Of a DNA stretch of 64,000 bases, positions 52,001 through 64,000 are shown piece by piece. The stretch lies in NCBI RefSeq assembly GCF_947568905.1, contig NC_079164.1:71362001-71426000 (forward strand). The letters run 5' to 3'. The position numbers and the translations under genes were made by a program. Position 1 is the stretch's first letter. Each line of letters opens with the position of its first letter. The stretch is from Ostrea edulis. Taxonomy: Eukaryota. The notes beneath the pieces were generated by a model. The model did not search any database, was not told the origin of the DNA, and saw only the letters and a list, made by a program, of their open reading frames with translations.

Positions 52001-55000
52001 TGTTGCTGGCGGGGGCATTGGTATCAATCCAACATGTCTAACTGGAATTATCTAATGCAGCACTTTTTTCCCAGAGGTACATGTAAATCTATGGCAACTC
52101 CAAGATAATTCTAACATATAGAACCATATTTTCAGCTAATTAGAAATACTGGTCTTAGTTATGACACCTTTCCTAAGATGGGCTTCAGACACCTGGGCTA
52201 AGTACAGGTGTGCTCCAAAGTTTGTGTTGATTGTAAGCTGGGTTTTTAAGCTGTCTGATCCCTTTTGTAACAAAGCACTGTGCTGTCAGATGCCACCCCT
52301 TGGATTTAGTCTGTCAGTTTTCTTTTTGTTATCTGACAAACTACTGTTAGGACAGGTATACAAAGGCAAGGGTTATCATATTCAATTTCTAAGATATCAG
52401 CTGTTTTCTTATCACTGGTGGAGAAACGTTTAGTCAGGGGTATTTCTGTGAAAGCATACAGAGTTGATTTGATAGACTGGTTATGTAGGCGATGATAAAA
52501 GTTATTTCTGACTCTATCAGCTAGTGGTACAATGTACACATCAAAACCATTGAAATGACCATATAAAGAAGGAAGTGGATTAGGCTATTAAATCAAATAT
52601 TCAATTATCTTAATTTCTACTTTGGCATGATTTAGAAGACAATGAAGTTTTATATTTTTACAGGTAGTAAAAAAGGGAGTGAATTCAGTGTTTTTGTGAC
52701 GTATTATATCATCAAATATTCCTACAAACCTCATTAAGTTTGTTTTCCCCACAGTTTAGGTGCTTACATAACCGCAGCTGATGTTCCTGTAGGATAGATA
52801 AGGCTGTAGTGAAAAACATGTATTCAACCTATGTGTACACGGTTAAGAGTTAAACAAAGGGAAACAACTATTTGGCAACTCGCTCAGAAGCTCTGTTCTA
52901 AACGTCTCCAAATTTGGTAAAATGGTTACGTTACCAATGATATCGAAAACAAAAATATGTTTTTGCATTTTTTGTAACCATTGGTTTTTTTAAAAGGACA
53001 AATACCAATTTAATCTCTAGTCTTATCATTTCATCGAGACTGAAATAACTTGTGTGTCTTAAATTTGATCCCATAAAACGACTTTTCTTCAGAGTTAGAC
53101 TTTGTAAGAGCAGAGGGCTTTGTGTACTCGCATGTCGCAGATGAAGGCTGGATGGATGCCTGTGCAGGTGGCCTGCTTCGCTTCAGAAAACAAATTGGTG
53201 CAGAGGACATCAACATTTTTACAGACATAAAAAAGAAACATAGGTATGCTAAAATAAACAACACATTCTTTCGACACACGAAAGAAAAAAAACCCGGATG
53301 TCGTGGTTCTTGTTAGTTCAAGGTCACAATGTTTTCACACCAGGCTCCGGGATCATGAAACTGTCTTGAAGTTAATTCAAAATTTTGACTTTGAATTAAG
53401 ATTTGAACTTAGCTAAGATTGCTGACTTAAAAGGATCACAAAACGAACTTAAGCAAATCTTAACTAAGATTGTCTTAACTTAAGTCTAAGTCTAGAATCT
53501 TAAATTGCTATGGCAACAAGGAACTCTTTTGCATAGAGGTAACAATAGGATATAAAAAATAAATGACTTAAAATTATAGTCAGTATCTAAAACATCTAGT
53601 TTATGATCACTAATGCTGACACAGGCACATACATGTAGCAACACCCCCCACCCCCTCCCCTTATCAAAAATAAACTTTTTTTGCTATTACATACATGTAC
53701 ATACAAAGTTTGATGTCTTGACCCAGTCACCTCCCTCTTTTCGAAAGTAGTAATGAATAATGAATGAAAGTGGAAATGTAAGAGTGATTGAAGCGATAAT
53801 TTTATTAAATTCAATGCCTTTATTTATTTTGTTGACTGCGTGCGTAGCAAAGAAGGATAACTTTAATTAATTTCAAATTTGGGCTCGGACTGCACATTAT
53901 TCGTGTGCAAATGCAGATTGCAAGTAATGATTGTTTTCTTCTTCCACATTGTCAACAAAACTCAGTCAGGTAAATACATGTACTTTTGTAGTCGTAACTT
54001 TTTAGTGAAATGGTCGTACGTGTACGTGCTACTTTCACGTTTACATCTACTTTATGAACTACGATCAGTACGCTTTTTGTAAGCTTTAGAGATTGTCCTT
54101 CTACTGGTGTATTATACCGGTAGAAGGCCAATCTCTAAAGCTTACAAAAAGCGTGAAACGATTACATGAATTGAAAGAGGAATGAGATAGAACAGGAATA
54201 CACACATTTCAGAGAAATTGCCACCAATTTTTTTTTTTTATCAAAACAGTGGGGGGGGGGGGGGGGGGGGGAGTAGTAATATCCATACTTCAGGTGCCTG
54301 TGATCAATCCTGCGATATTTTGATCACATAAGAAGTCATATTTATGCCTATATATTTGAATACGCCCGCTCTTAATTGTTCCGGGCTAGATGTGTTTACT
54401 TTTTGATTTCAGGGATTTGACTTCTTTTCCTGTAAACAAACTTTTTACGTGAATACTTTGCTTATAGAAAAACAATTTTTTTTCATTACATGATTTTCAA
54501 TGTCAAGATCCTGTGTTTTCGATCTACCGACGGTCTACTTTTTCTTAAACAAATGATTTGTCCACTTCTTGGTCGGGACAGACGTCTTCTCTTACTCATC
54601 TCAAAAATGCAACCAGCGCGGCCATTTTGAACGAACTTAGCGTCAGTCTTGTAAATTTAAGACAGCTCTAAGGCAGTCTTAAAATTTAAGACAAAATACC
54701 AATCTTAAGTCTAAGTGATTTTTTTGTGATCCGCTTTAAGACCAGTCTTAAGATTTAAGTGCAACTTTATTGATTTAAGACAATCTTAAAATTTAAGACA
54801 GTTTCATGATCCCGGAGCCAGGACCTTGGAATTTCATTGGAGATGTTGGTGGTGTCTGCTAGTGTTTAATTTCGAAATTTGCCCCAATTTGTGGAACAAA
54901 CACTGGTGTTTCTGTCTTTTTGCATAGCAGAACTTATAAATAATGGCAAATTCTATAAGATATAAGGTACACCAAATTTCCTTGGATGCTTTCAAATTTT

Positions 55001-58000
55001 CCCCATTGATTGTTATTTCTGTCATACTTTCAGTACTTATTAAATGTTTTCGATTCAAATGATGATGTTAATGATTCAAATTTATTGCCCAATCAAATTC
55101 ACTATCACAGCAATATTATCTAACAAAAGTGTGTAGAAAGGGACTTACTGATTGGACAAAATTGCTTTTAATCATCCTTGAACCACCAATAAAATTGCCT
55201 CATTAATTATTCATGAGAACGAGCGAATTGGTGGTCATGAAGAGAGGAACGAAGCTTAATCAATCATCGGTATCCCAGTGAAGTTCCCCAGACCCCATTT
55301 TAGCATTAGATGTTACAACTGTGTGTAAAAAAAAGAAGAATATTGTGGTTCCATGATCCAAATGTTACATAATTTTAAAAAATCGTGTCCAAATTATGAT
55401 GATATAATATATTGGAATTTGGAAAGCAAATAATTTATGGCTGGACCAGGAGTTGAACCCTTGACCCCTGCATTACCGGTCAGGTGCTCTAATTGCTGAG
55501 CTATCCAGGGCGATAACCACAGTCCGTATAGCCCTAACTACTACATTTTCCTCCCTCCTTCAATTGTCTTCAACCTCAAAGACACAACAACCCAGATTCT
55601 TTTGCCCCCGGCAAGACTTTCACCCAAAGTCCAGGGGTGGTCAATGGCACCAAAAGTAATATGGGAAAGGAGAACATTTTTGGCTGGACTGGGAATCAAA
55701 CCTGGGACCCCTGCATTACTAGTCATGTGCTCTAACCACTGAACTGCCAATGCTGATATCCACTGTCCATATAGCCCTAACTACTACAATAAGAAATTAA
55801 TATCCATGTAATACATGTACAATTGTTAATTACTGCTGTAGGCGTCAGTCAGAATATCATAACTAAGCTGAATTTCACAGATTACTTATTTTCATAATGT
55901 AACATTCTGGTAGAAATAATCTTCAGTATATAAATGTTCACACAATATAAAGGCTGTAAATTATTCTGTGAAGGAATGCAAGAGTGTACAGACATTTATT
56001 CTCTTTTGAAAATGTATGAAATTATGCAATATTTTATCTCCTTTCACAAAAAAATATTCATGTGCCTACCATATAGCGCGACTGGTGCGTATAGTGTTGC
56101 CCCTCTCTGTCATTCCATTATATTCATTTTCAGGGGGCTTTCATCTGCTATTCATGCATCGTTTGAGGTTATTTCTGTGTTGATACTGAAGATGAAGATT
56201 TCATGGAATTCACTGTGTTTTTATTAGCTGTGTTTGTGAATATTGCAAGTAGTTTTGTTTCATAGTTGTATTTTGAAAATGTCATAAAATTTTACAATTT
56301 TCTTGACTCTTATCACTATGCTGATTTGTAGTGTGTAGTTTTTTTTATTTATAGTCAAGTTGCCATTAAAAAAAAAGTTAATTTCAGCAGAGTTATGGCC
56401 CTTGGATTTTGATGATACATGTGTCGTAGATAGGTTTCACAATTTTCTTGATGTTTACCCCACTTTGCTTACAGATATTGAGCTGGGTCCAGTTGCACAA
56501 CTGACAGTTAACTTCAAGTTAACGCTATATAAATGTTTAAGGTAATGGCAAGTTAACTGTCAGTTAAAGTTAACTACCCTTCATGTGACTGAGTCCAGTT
56601 AACTTGTCTTTACCTCATACATTTATATAGTGTTAACTGTTAGTTAAACTCAACTAACTTTTGTGCAACTGGGTCCTGGTTTAAGTGAGTAGTTGAGTGC
56701 CATTGTATCTGATGACTGGTTACTTTCAGTGGAGTTACAGTGAATAAACTTTGAAATTTTATTTTTGAGGCGACCTTTTTGAAACACTTGCAGATATTGA
56801 CTTTATTTAGTGTGCGATTGTAATGGGTTGAAGGTTAACCTCAGTATATGTTTCCATTGACGTGGTCATTTATATACAGTGATCCCCTGCTATATTGCCC
56901 CCCGTTATAATGCCACCCCCGCATATAGCCAAAAAAGTTCAAAGTCCCATATTCCTCGCTATGTAAAACCCCGTTATAACGCCATCCCCCGCATACTGCC
57001 AACCTATTTACAGGTACGATTTGGTCAATTTCCGTTATAATCACCCCCGCTAATTATAGCCAATCAATGGCAGGAAATTTTCAGAGAGCAGGGTTAAGCA
57101 ATTATCCGCCATTAGTCCTCCAGGTATCAAAGTTTGGAACAGATGATAAGTTACGTAAATTATAATCAACTGAGTTCAAATATGCAGTATTGTTTTTGAA
57201 ATCTGAGTATGATGGCCACACCAAAATCTAAGCGTGTGAAATATAAAACAAAAACTGGAAATCATTAAATACCCCTATCATTACGAGTCATTACGACCAC
57301 TGAACACCGGGATTATCCAGGCATTCAAAGCACATTGATGTAGTAGATAAAATTTGTTTGATTTCTTATGACAGCTGTACACATACCCCCTCCCCCGATA
57401 TAATACCACCCCCTTTATAATGTCGAGGAACAAATGTTGGCGTTAGAATGGGGGATGACTGTATAACTACCCAACTTGGACATTTATATCATTCCAATAC
57501 ACCTAGTTCTCCATGGAATCATAAGACATTCATATCATTCCAATACACCTAGTTCTCCATGGAATCATAAGACATTCATATCATTCAAATACACCTAGTT
57601 CTCCATGGAATCTTAAGAGTAAAAGATTTCCTCATTTACATAATGTATGGAATCTTTAATGATCAAGATATATGTGTGATATTCTGTACCCAGCAATAAC
57701 TTTTGCATTGTTTTTAATTTTTTTAATTTTTGTAAAGAATCATTTTTCTGTGACTTTTAGAGGTGCTATATTATTTTTAGTGCCCATGCAGTTACTGCTG
57801 ATGTCAGCATTATAGAAACAGCCAAGGCAGCAGAATTGTTTGGGAGTGATGGAGTTATTGTGACAGGGACAGCCACGGGGGTAGAGACTAATGCTACAGA
57901 AGTCCAAGGTGAGCAACCAAGTCATGGTCCTAGCTCAAGGTCATTTGAACACCAACAAGGTCACTGGGAGAAAAACTAAGTGATTTTTATCCAAGCTGTA

Positions 58001-59038
58001 TCTTTGCAATGGAGAAACATTTAGTCATGTAATATGCGCGTAAATTTCCCCCACGCATATAGTTATAATATTTGATATAATATATGTTATATTCAGTTAC
58101 TGCATATTTTTCCTTCACGCATAATGTTGAACGTGGAAAAATGCATACTTAATCCCATGCAAGCGTAAATAACCACTTTCTCAGTATCATCTTAAAGTTT
58201 GTCACATTATCTGCAATAGTTAGAAAATATTCTTATTTTCACATTCATTAATTGTTAATTCAAGCTTTAATGTATTCAAGATTGAAATGGTTAAAATAAT
58301 TGTGTGTGAAGTGTGTATTATTGCACCAAGGGTCATTTTGAATATCCTATTTTGAGTCTTTGACGAATATCAAAATTCTTATAGAGTCATCTTCAGCTAT
58401 ATGTATATATGCTGTGGACCTTCAGTATATCAATGGTTTATGTTCATAGTATTTGTCCCTTTAAGGAGGTATGCGACACCAGAGAAATTTGATATGGATG
58501 AAAAGTGGAGAATATGTACAACAATATTTTAAAATTGACAACTTTCAAAATAAACTTTATTTAGTCATAAAATGCAGTTTTAGTAGAAAGCAATCTGGAA
58601 AAAATTTAAAACCCCTGCTGGAATCGAACCCACGATCTTCAGTTCAGCAGTTGACGAGCAAACCTACTGTGCTACTCAGCGAGGCAATATTTTTCAAAAA
58701 TGAATAAACAAATGCTGCTGATATAAATATTTTCATCCATGTTTTAAAAGGAAGTCAGCCATTTTGATGATGTTGAGTACCTCCTTAAAATGACCTGTAA
58801 CTCCAAGTACAGTTATCACTTTCTCAATACTTTATCTGGAATTATTGGAGCAAATTCATTTTTGCGAAATTGGGTCCAAATACAATAAAATCTATGTGTA
58901 TCAAAATATAGTGATTAACTGTTTTTTGCAAATTCAGTAGACCGTTAGAATTGTTAAAATTTAAAATACAGCAAAAAGAATCAGTTTTACAATAATTAAT
59001 TCCCTCCAGGTAGTGTGTGTGTGATCATTATACCCCCC

Positions 59039-59078
<40 letters not shown>

Positions 59079-60194
59079 CTGTCTGTCCGTCCGTCTGTCT
59101 GTGCAGATTCGTGTCCGGGCCATCACTTCTTTGTTCTTTGACATAGGAATACCATATTTGGCACACAGGTGGATCACCATGAGACGACGTATCGAGTACC
59201 TTCATGACCTATATGACCTTGACCTCAAGGTCAAAATTAAAGGTTTTTTACAATGGATTCGTGTCCGGGCCATAACTTCTTTGTTCTTTGACATAGGCAT
59301 ACCATATTTGACACATGAGTGTATCACCATGAGACGATGTGTCGGGTACCTTCATGACCTCCATATGACCTTGACTTCAAGGTCAAAATTAAAGGTTTTT
59401 ACAATGGATTTGTGTCAGGGCCATGACTTCTTTGTTCTTTGACATAGGCATAGCATATTTGACACATGAGTGTATCACCATGAGACAATGTGTCGGGTAC
59501 CTTCATGACCTCTATATGACCTTGAACTTTGACCTCAAGGTCAAAATTGATTATAGGGTTTTGACATAGTCATACCATAAGACAAGGGTGTATCACCATG
59601 AGACTATGTGTCATGTACATTAATGACCTCTTTATGACCTTGACCTTTGATCTCAAGGTCAAAATTATAGGTTTATACCATGGATTTGTGTTCAGACTAT
59701 ATCTTCCATTTTCTTCTACAAAGGCATACCATATTTTTACACTCAGGAAAGAGGTAATTTATACCTATTAACAACACCCTTTGGGAGATTGGGGTAAGCG
59801 GGGGGTATTCTTAGTGAGCATTGCTCACAGTACCTCTTGTTATATTTGTTCTCGCTTGTTGGCAATCCCATTTTCAGTTATTGAAACTTTCGTTTTTTTT
59901 CATTCTCCTTTTGCAGATGTGATAAGGAACGTCTCTGTTCCAGTCCTGATTGGTTCCGGTGTGACAGCAGCCAATGTCAGTAACTACCAAAACGTGGGTG
60001 GCCTCATCGTGGGGTCTCACTTCAAGATACGCCAGCAGTGGTTTAATGCAATAAACATTCCTAGGTTACTTAAGTTTGTACTTCATGCAAGTCCTGAGAG
60101 TTACGACTATGACAAAGTGTTTGAAACTTACAGTGAGCCAATAGAAGCTGACTTCTCCGATTGTGAAAGTGATAGTGATTTAGATATTGATTAA
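43093..60194 (+). CDS. BtpA/SgcQ-family TIM-barrel protein (F13E9.13-like) with an internal dsRBD-like insertion, about 462 aa; exons 43093-43153, 43914-43996, 45847-45993, 47154-47261, 48816-48941, 49045-49080, 50185-50282, 50670-50772, 50927-50996, 53093-53243, 57781-57908, 59917-60194
   Basis: BtpA motifs: IGMIHVPALPG, DSILVENMHDLPY, VGIQILAGANKQALAVA, LDFVRAEGFVYSHVADEG, IFTDIKKKHSAH, DGVIVTGTATG, VPVLIGSGV, LIVGSHFK. Twelve exons sum to 1389 nt in frame. The start codon and the weak donors at 43153 (G|GTTGAA) and 45993 (ATA|GTATAG) are the least certain points. Confidence 0.85.
45381..46362. repeat. Pair of about 330-bp diverged direct repeats (45381-45712, 46023-46362) flanking BtpA exon 3
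   Basis: gctgtcattttggtg...ctctgaatgaagcaaaattacattattgtc...atctttattttgataaaatctta...ggttaaagtta occurs twice, offset about 642 bp. Confidence 0.85.
47154..50772 (+). CDS. Five-exon module (157 aa) encoding two dsRNA-binding-domain-like units inside the BtpA gene
   Basis: VESLRVLFRALPYDIQERAENIDYSNFYEDNKECVL|AQFPDFNEVGKGFSKSHAKIDGLLNICANLVDQGILDQDVAL|EEFSMRKGSDIW|VSERNVLNKFHNYCQMRNVSLKVDAVWDDQQEL|FKGLVFVDGKLMSEAYGCSKKTAKMKSCLKALQT. Each exon has a pyrimidine-rich AG acceptor and a GT donor, no stops, and the phases close (0,0,0,0,2,0). Two GxxSK(K)xAK-type dsRBD signatures. Confidence 0.72.
53344..54818. mobile_element. Non-autonomous TIR element with CAG TSD (PIF/Harbinger-like)
   Basis: TIRs gctccgggatcatgaaactgtctt / aagacagtttcatgatcccggagc, flanked by CAG; subterminal cttaag motifs. 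Confidence 0.75.
55439..55790 (-). repeat. Two tandem tRNA-derived units (about 244-bp period); tRNA-Thr(AGT)-like pseudogenes or SINE heads
   Basis: Minus strand ggcagttcagtggttagagcacatgactAGTaatgcaggggtcccaggtttgattccc, with degenerate A and B boxes and a mispaired acceptor stem. A second copy lies at 55439-55510. Confidence 0.6.
56486..56676. mobile_element. Harbinger-like MITE
   Basis: ggtccagttgcacaa / ttgtgcaactgggtcc termini; internal agttaact palindromes. Confidence 0.6.
56877..57461. mobile_element. Tc1/mariner-type MITE
   Basis: ta-cagtgatcccc...ggggatgactg-ta termini; repeated ccccgttataa motifs. Confidence 0.7.
57484..57611. repeat. 46-bp tandem repeat, about 3 copies
   Basis: Unit catatcattccaatacacctagttctccatggaatcataagacatt. 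Confidence 0.85.
58465..58784. mobile_element. TTAA-flanked MITE (Kolobok-like)
   Basis: ttaa-ggaggtatgcgacacc / gatgttgagtacctcc-ttaa; internal tRNA-like fragment ggaatcgaaccc. Confidence 0.7.
59026..59841 (-). mobile_element. HINE/Helentron-like element in reverse orientation with about 120-170-bp internal repeats
   Basis: Terminal hairpin tataccccc..gaacgaagtt..ggggggtata, ctgt/ccgt microsatellite, repeated tgacataggcataccatatttg..atcaccatgagac; the other end is ctcttgtt. Confidence 0.75.
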
Positions 60195-60779
60195 CTTGAA
60201 AATGCCTTTAAAATCATCTATCAAGTTTTGCCAATTTTGAACAGGTAACATAAATTTACTTATCGAAAATGGTAAATGGTTGAACTTACCTAGGTGTAAA
60301 AGAACACGCAATTCGTTTGATTATGTAAAAATTGGTGATGAATGCATGGTTCAGTTTTAAAGTGATATGCTTAACTTTCAAGACTGCAAGTTGGTTTTAT
60401 AACACAAACATTTTCGTGTTGTATTTATTTATATCTTATACAAACATGAATTTTTTTTTAAAATTTCATATATGCACCAATAATGCAGAATAAATATCAT
60501 GTATAGAATCTAACTTACTATCTCATCTCTGTCTAGATAAAAATAAATCCCATCTGTTAAGTGCAATTTTTTTTTCTTAACTACTTTGAAAAGTTCCTTG
60601 ATATAGTTTTCACTGCAATTTACTTGGCAAAATATGGAACATGTATTACAATATCATAATTACATTGTATCAATCTCAACTCTCACAATAACAGCAACAA
60701 CCAAAAAAAAAAAAAAAAAAAATGGGGAAAAAAATAGTGTACACATTTCATTCTGTATAATAAGAGTTATCCCTCTTTG

Positions 60780-60823
<44 letters not shown>

Positions 60824-61069
60824 TTACTCAGTTATACCAATTTTGTTTGTGGTAAATGAAATCAATTCATTTCTAAGAATGTTCTCTTGATTTACAGCAA
60901 AAACTAAAGCCTCTCTCCTTGTTAAGCAGTTGAAGCATCATTTCCAAATTTTCTGTTTTATGGACTAGGCCTATATATAGTCTCTATTAAGTATGGATCA
61001 TTTCAACAAGAGAAACAACTCGCTGGCTGAAGTACTGCATGTTGAATGTACCAAGTGATAATGTAACTT

Positions 61070-63881
61070 TCACTTCAATTCTTCATATATTCCTTTGCAG
61101 TCTCTAGAATCATTGTCATGGGTTGATTTCATAGAACCCTCTGCTGGAGATTTCACAGGAGTCTTCTCCGAATAAACTTCTGAGGAAGATATTGTCATCA
61201 AATCGAAATTTTGGGGTGGAGCACAATCTGTATTTTTCACCAAATTCATAGAATCGTCTCTTCGGGTTTCACCCTCAGTCTTTATGGGCTGTAGTAGTTC
61301 TAAAGAGGAACTGTTTGCTGTAGAAAGTTTAATGTTAAGCACATCTTCATTCAAGTCATCACATGAAATGTCATTGGATCTACCTCCAGTAATATTCAAA
61401 TCTTCTATGTTTGAAGTGTGCTCATTTCTACCATGGTTATTCTCCTCAATGTCAACTAAAGTAGTTTCTAACTCTTTTTGTTCAATATCAACTAAATTTC
61501 CCTCCATTGCAACATTTGCTAGTTCCCCATTTTCTGTATTGTCATTGGTCAAAGAATGTGCTGGTTCCTGGTCCTCTATTAGCATTTCCTCTGGAGGTGC
61601 AGAAGGACTCTTCTGATACATGTTGTCCCAGTTTGCCTCTTTTGCTGCTGGGTTAATATCACATATCTCCTCATACTCCGACTCCATCACCAGTTTACGT
61701 TCCTCCCCAATGTCACCAATGATATAGTCGTTTGGACCGGAGCGTTCAACAAGGCAACCTAAACCAACAGGGGATTCTAAAATTAAAGCAGTTGCTTTTT
61801 AATGAGCTTTCTAGTTTTACTTTGCATGGATATGACTATAGACTCAGTCACATTGTTTTTAATTAGGTTTTAGAAATGTCATACAGAAAGCTGTATTATA
61901 TTCTACTTGCCTGCAGCATTTTCATATTCCTTCTTGTATGGACAAAATATGAACCTGTGAGTGTAAAACAGAAGCTTTTATAAGGATTGTTGAAATTAAA
62001 TATATAGATGATTAAAATGGGGTTGTAGGAAAGTTTGTGACATAAAAATGATGCACATAAAAAGAAATGCCTTTGTTCTTTTAATCTGATGTAGGTGTGT
62101 GCCCTGTATGTCGATAGTCTCTTTCTACACAGGATGACGATGATTATAAGTACAATGACAATGATGAGGATCAGTATGATGATTGAATGTTAGGTGACAC
62201 TTACCCTGAATGTCTCTTTCTACACACACTAATGATGATGATTATAAGTATGATGACAATGATGAGGATCAGTATGATGATTGAATGTTGGGTGACACTT
62301 ACCCTGAATGTCTCTTTCTACACACACTGATGACAATGATGAGGATAAGTATGATGAAAGCTGCAGAGGCACATCCAAAAGTGATGGCCAGGAATCTCTC
62401 ATCTGATTCATGGTCTCCCTGTCCTTCTGCTATATACAGCAGGAACAAAAGTTAGCTACTTATATTATTTTGTCTATTCATTTATTCAGGAATTAGCAAA
62501 TATGCAAAAATATCACAGAGAGACACACATTTATAACAAGAGATGTTGGATAATGATTGCACTATACACTTTGTGCTATACATAAGGTAAAAAGGAAAAC
62601 TGTTTCTGCAGCAGTACAGTGGATGTATATTGTCTATGCCTAATCTAGGGAATATACACATAAAAGTTGCATGGCTTATTTCCAATGGAGTCCTCTTGTA
62701 TTATTTCCTTGCCTCCAGACTAAAAAAGAATCTTGATAGGCATGTCTGCAGCTATGTAGTACACAACTCATCTACTCATACTTACTTAGAAAGCTTGCTT
62801 TGACATTTCAGACTTCTTTAATTTAAACATGTCGGTATTCATAATTTATAAAAAACATATTAGTAGAATTAGAATGTCTTCGCATAATCTTGCCATTGAG
62901 AGTGGACGTCATTTTAATGTAGCAAGAAATAACCGCTATTGTAAACTTTGTAATTTAGATATTGAGGATGAATTTCATTTCATTTTAAAATGCCCTTACT
63001 TTATTGAATTGCGCAGGAAATATATCAAGAAGTATTATTGGAAAAACCCATCTGTTTTTAAACTTATACAATTATTAAGTGTAAAAAATTTCAAAGAGTT
63101 GTGTAATTTGGGGAAATATCTTTACTGTGCCTTTAATTTACGTAATGATTTACTTATATAGCATTCTCTGTCTATAAATTCACATCAGTATTGTGTAACA
63201 TACCATATAATGTCATGCCATGCCATACTATACAATTGTTAACTTGTTTATTATTTTTGTAAACATGTATGCCATAAGACGTATGTCTTCAGCAATAAAG
63301 AATAATAATAATAATTCTAAAGTGCAGTCTTCTAACAGTAATACTGTAGAAATATTTGACTGAATCAGTAGCATATTTAGTATGTTTTTCAGGGTATGGT
63401 CAACATAATAAAATCATTGATTGGGACATTATGGGGTAATGTGTGACCTATTTTACGTATTAGTTTACTTTTCTTTTCAATTGGTTAAATATTAAGATAT
63501 TTCATTTGTTTGCGAAACGGTGTCATTCAGGCCAAATTGGCACATGTTGACCTTTTACCTTGACCTATGACCTTCATAAAGCTTTGTCCTTTGAACTTTC
63601 ATCTACTAACTGTGTAATATAGTACAGAGGTTATAACCGATATGTTAAAGAATAAAAAAACATATCAGAAACAATATGCCCCCAATCTCCACTCCCAAGA
63701 GCTAAAAAACTAACAGCATACATGTATTAGTGATATTAGTGCAATACTATTTTAGTCTTCCACTAAGAGCGGTGCTTTGGATATGTATGGATACTTGCCA
63801 GTTTTACAATCCTTGTCGTCGGGGCAGCATTCATACACTAATCTGTACTGCTGGCTTTGGGGCAGCTCAATATAGGTGATT
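61070..63881 (-). CDS. Uncharacterised single-pass (type I) membrane protein, 3' part; exons 63881-63799, 62426-62303, 61954-61911, 61758-61070; gene continues beyond the right edge
   Basis: ITYIELPQSQQYRLVYECCPDDKDCKT|EGQGDHESDERFLAITFGCASAAFIILILIIVISVCRKRHS|GFIFCPYKKEYENAA|GCLVERSG...YEELK*. There is a clear hydrophobic helix followed by an RKR stop-transfer and a long acidic tail (ORF 61070-61690). The frame closes only if GC donors are used at 63798 and 61910. Confidence 0.72.
62110..62360. repeat. About 100-bp tandem duplication covering the 3' end of the transmembrane exon and its donor
   Basis: gtgacacttaccctgaatgtctctttctacac and gatgacaatgatgaggat recur; a second donor copy lies near 62202. 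Confidence 0.85.
62829..63315 (+). mobile_element. 5'-truncated LINE (CR1/L2-group-like) 3' end, antisense in an intron
   Basis: SRIRMSSHNLAIESGR...RYCKLCNLDIEDEFHFILKCP is the typical C-terminal CCHC-like tail of non-LTR RT ORFs; followed by a 3' UTR, AATAAA and an (AAT)n tail at about 63293-63315. Confidence 0.8.
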
Positions 63882-64000
63882 CTGTTATAGAAAAGAAACC
63901 GGTAAGTAGTGAAGGGTCAAACTGCAGAAAAACAGATTTGGGCAAATTTTTGTACAGAAAAATAAATCAAATCATTAAACAAAAGGAGTGGCTTATAAAC

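Noticed and set aside
59017-59442. 141-aa ORF with internal repeats
   Set aside because: Lies entirely within the HINE-like element; a repeat-derived artefact.
61284-61616. 110-aa plus-strand ORF beginning MGCSSSK (myristoylation-like)
   Set aside because: Antisense shadow of the acidic tail exon of the membrane protein gene.

Overview
AT-rich eukaryotic genomic DNA with spliceosomal introns and many non-autonomous transposons; the repeat families suggest an oyster-like bivalve (inference). I reconstructed four intron-containing genes by hand from splice sites and codon phase. (1) The 5' part of an HSD17B7/3-keto-steroid reductase gene (minus strand, exons 1-3, running off the left edge). 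(2) A complete cyclin E gene (minus, 10 coding exons, 440 aa). (3) A BtpA/SgcQ-family (F13E9.13-like) TIM-barrel gene (plus, 12 exons, about 462 aa), head-to-head with cyclin E. (4) The 3' part of an orphan single-pass membrane protein gene (minus, running off the right edge). The most striking observation is in the BtpA gene: five extra in-frame exons (157 aa) encoding two dsRNA-binding-domain-like units are inserted in the middle of the barrel as a phase 0-0 module that could be skipped as a block. Other notable items: tandem repeats that multiply real splice sites in two genes, two GC-AG introns in one gene, a decayed L1/Tx1-like element apparently carrying a NADAR-like domain, and nested MITE/Helentron-type insertions with readable target-site duplications.
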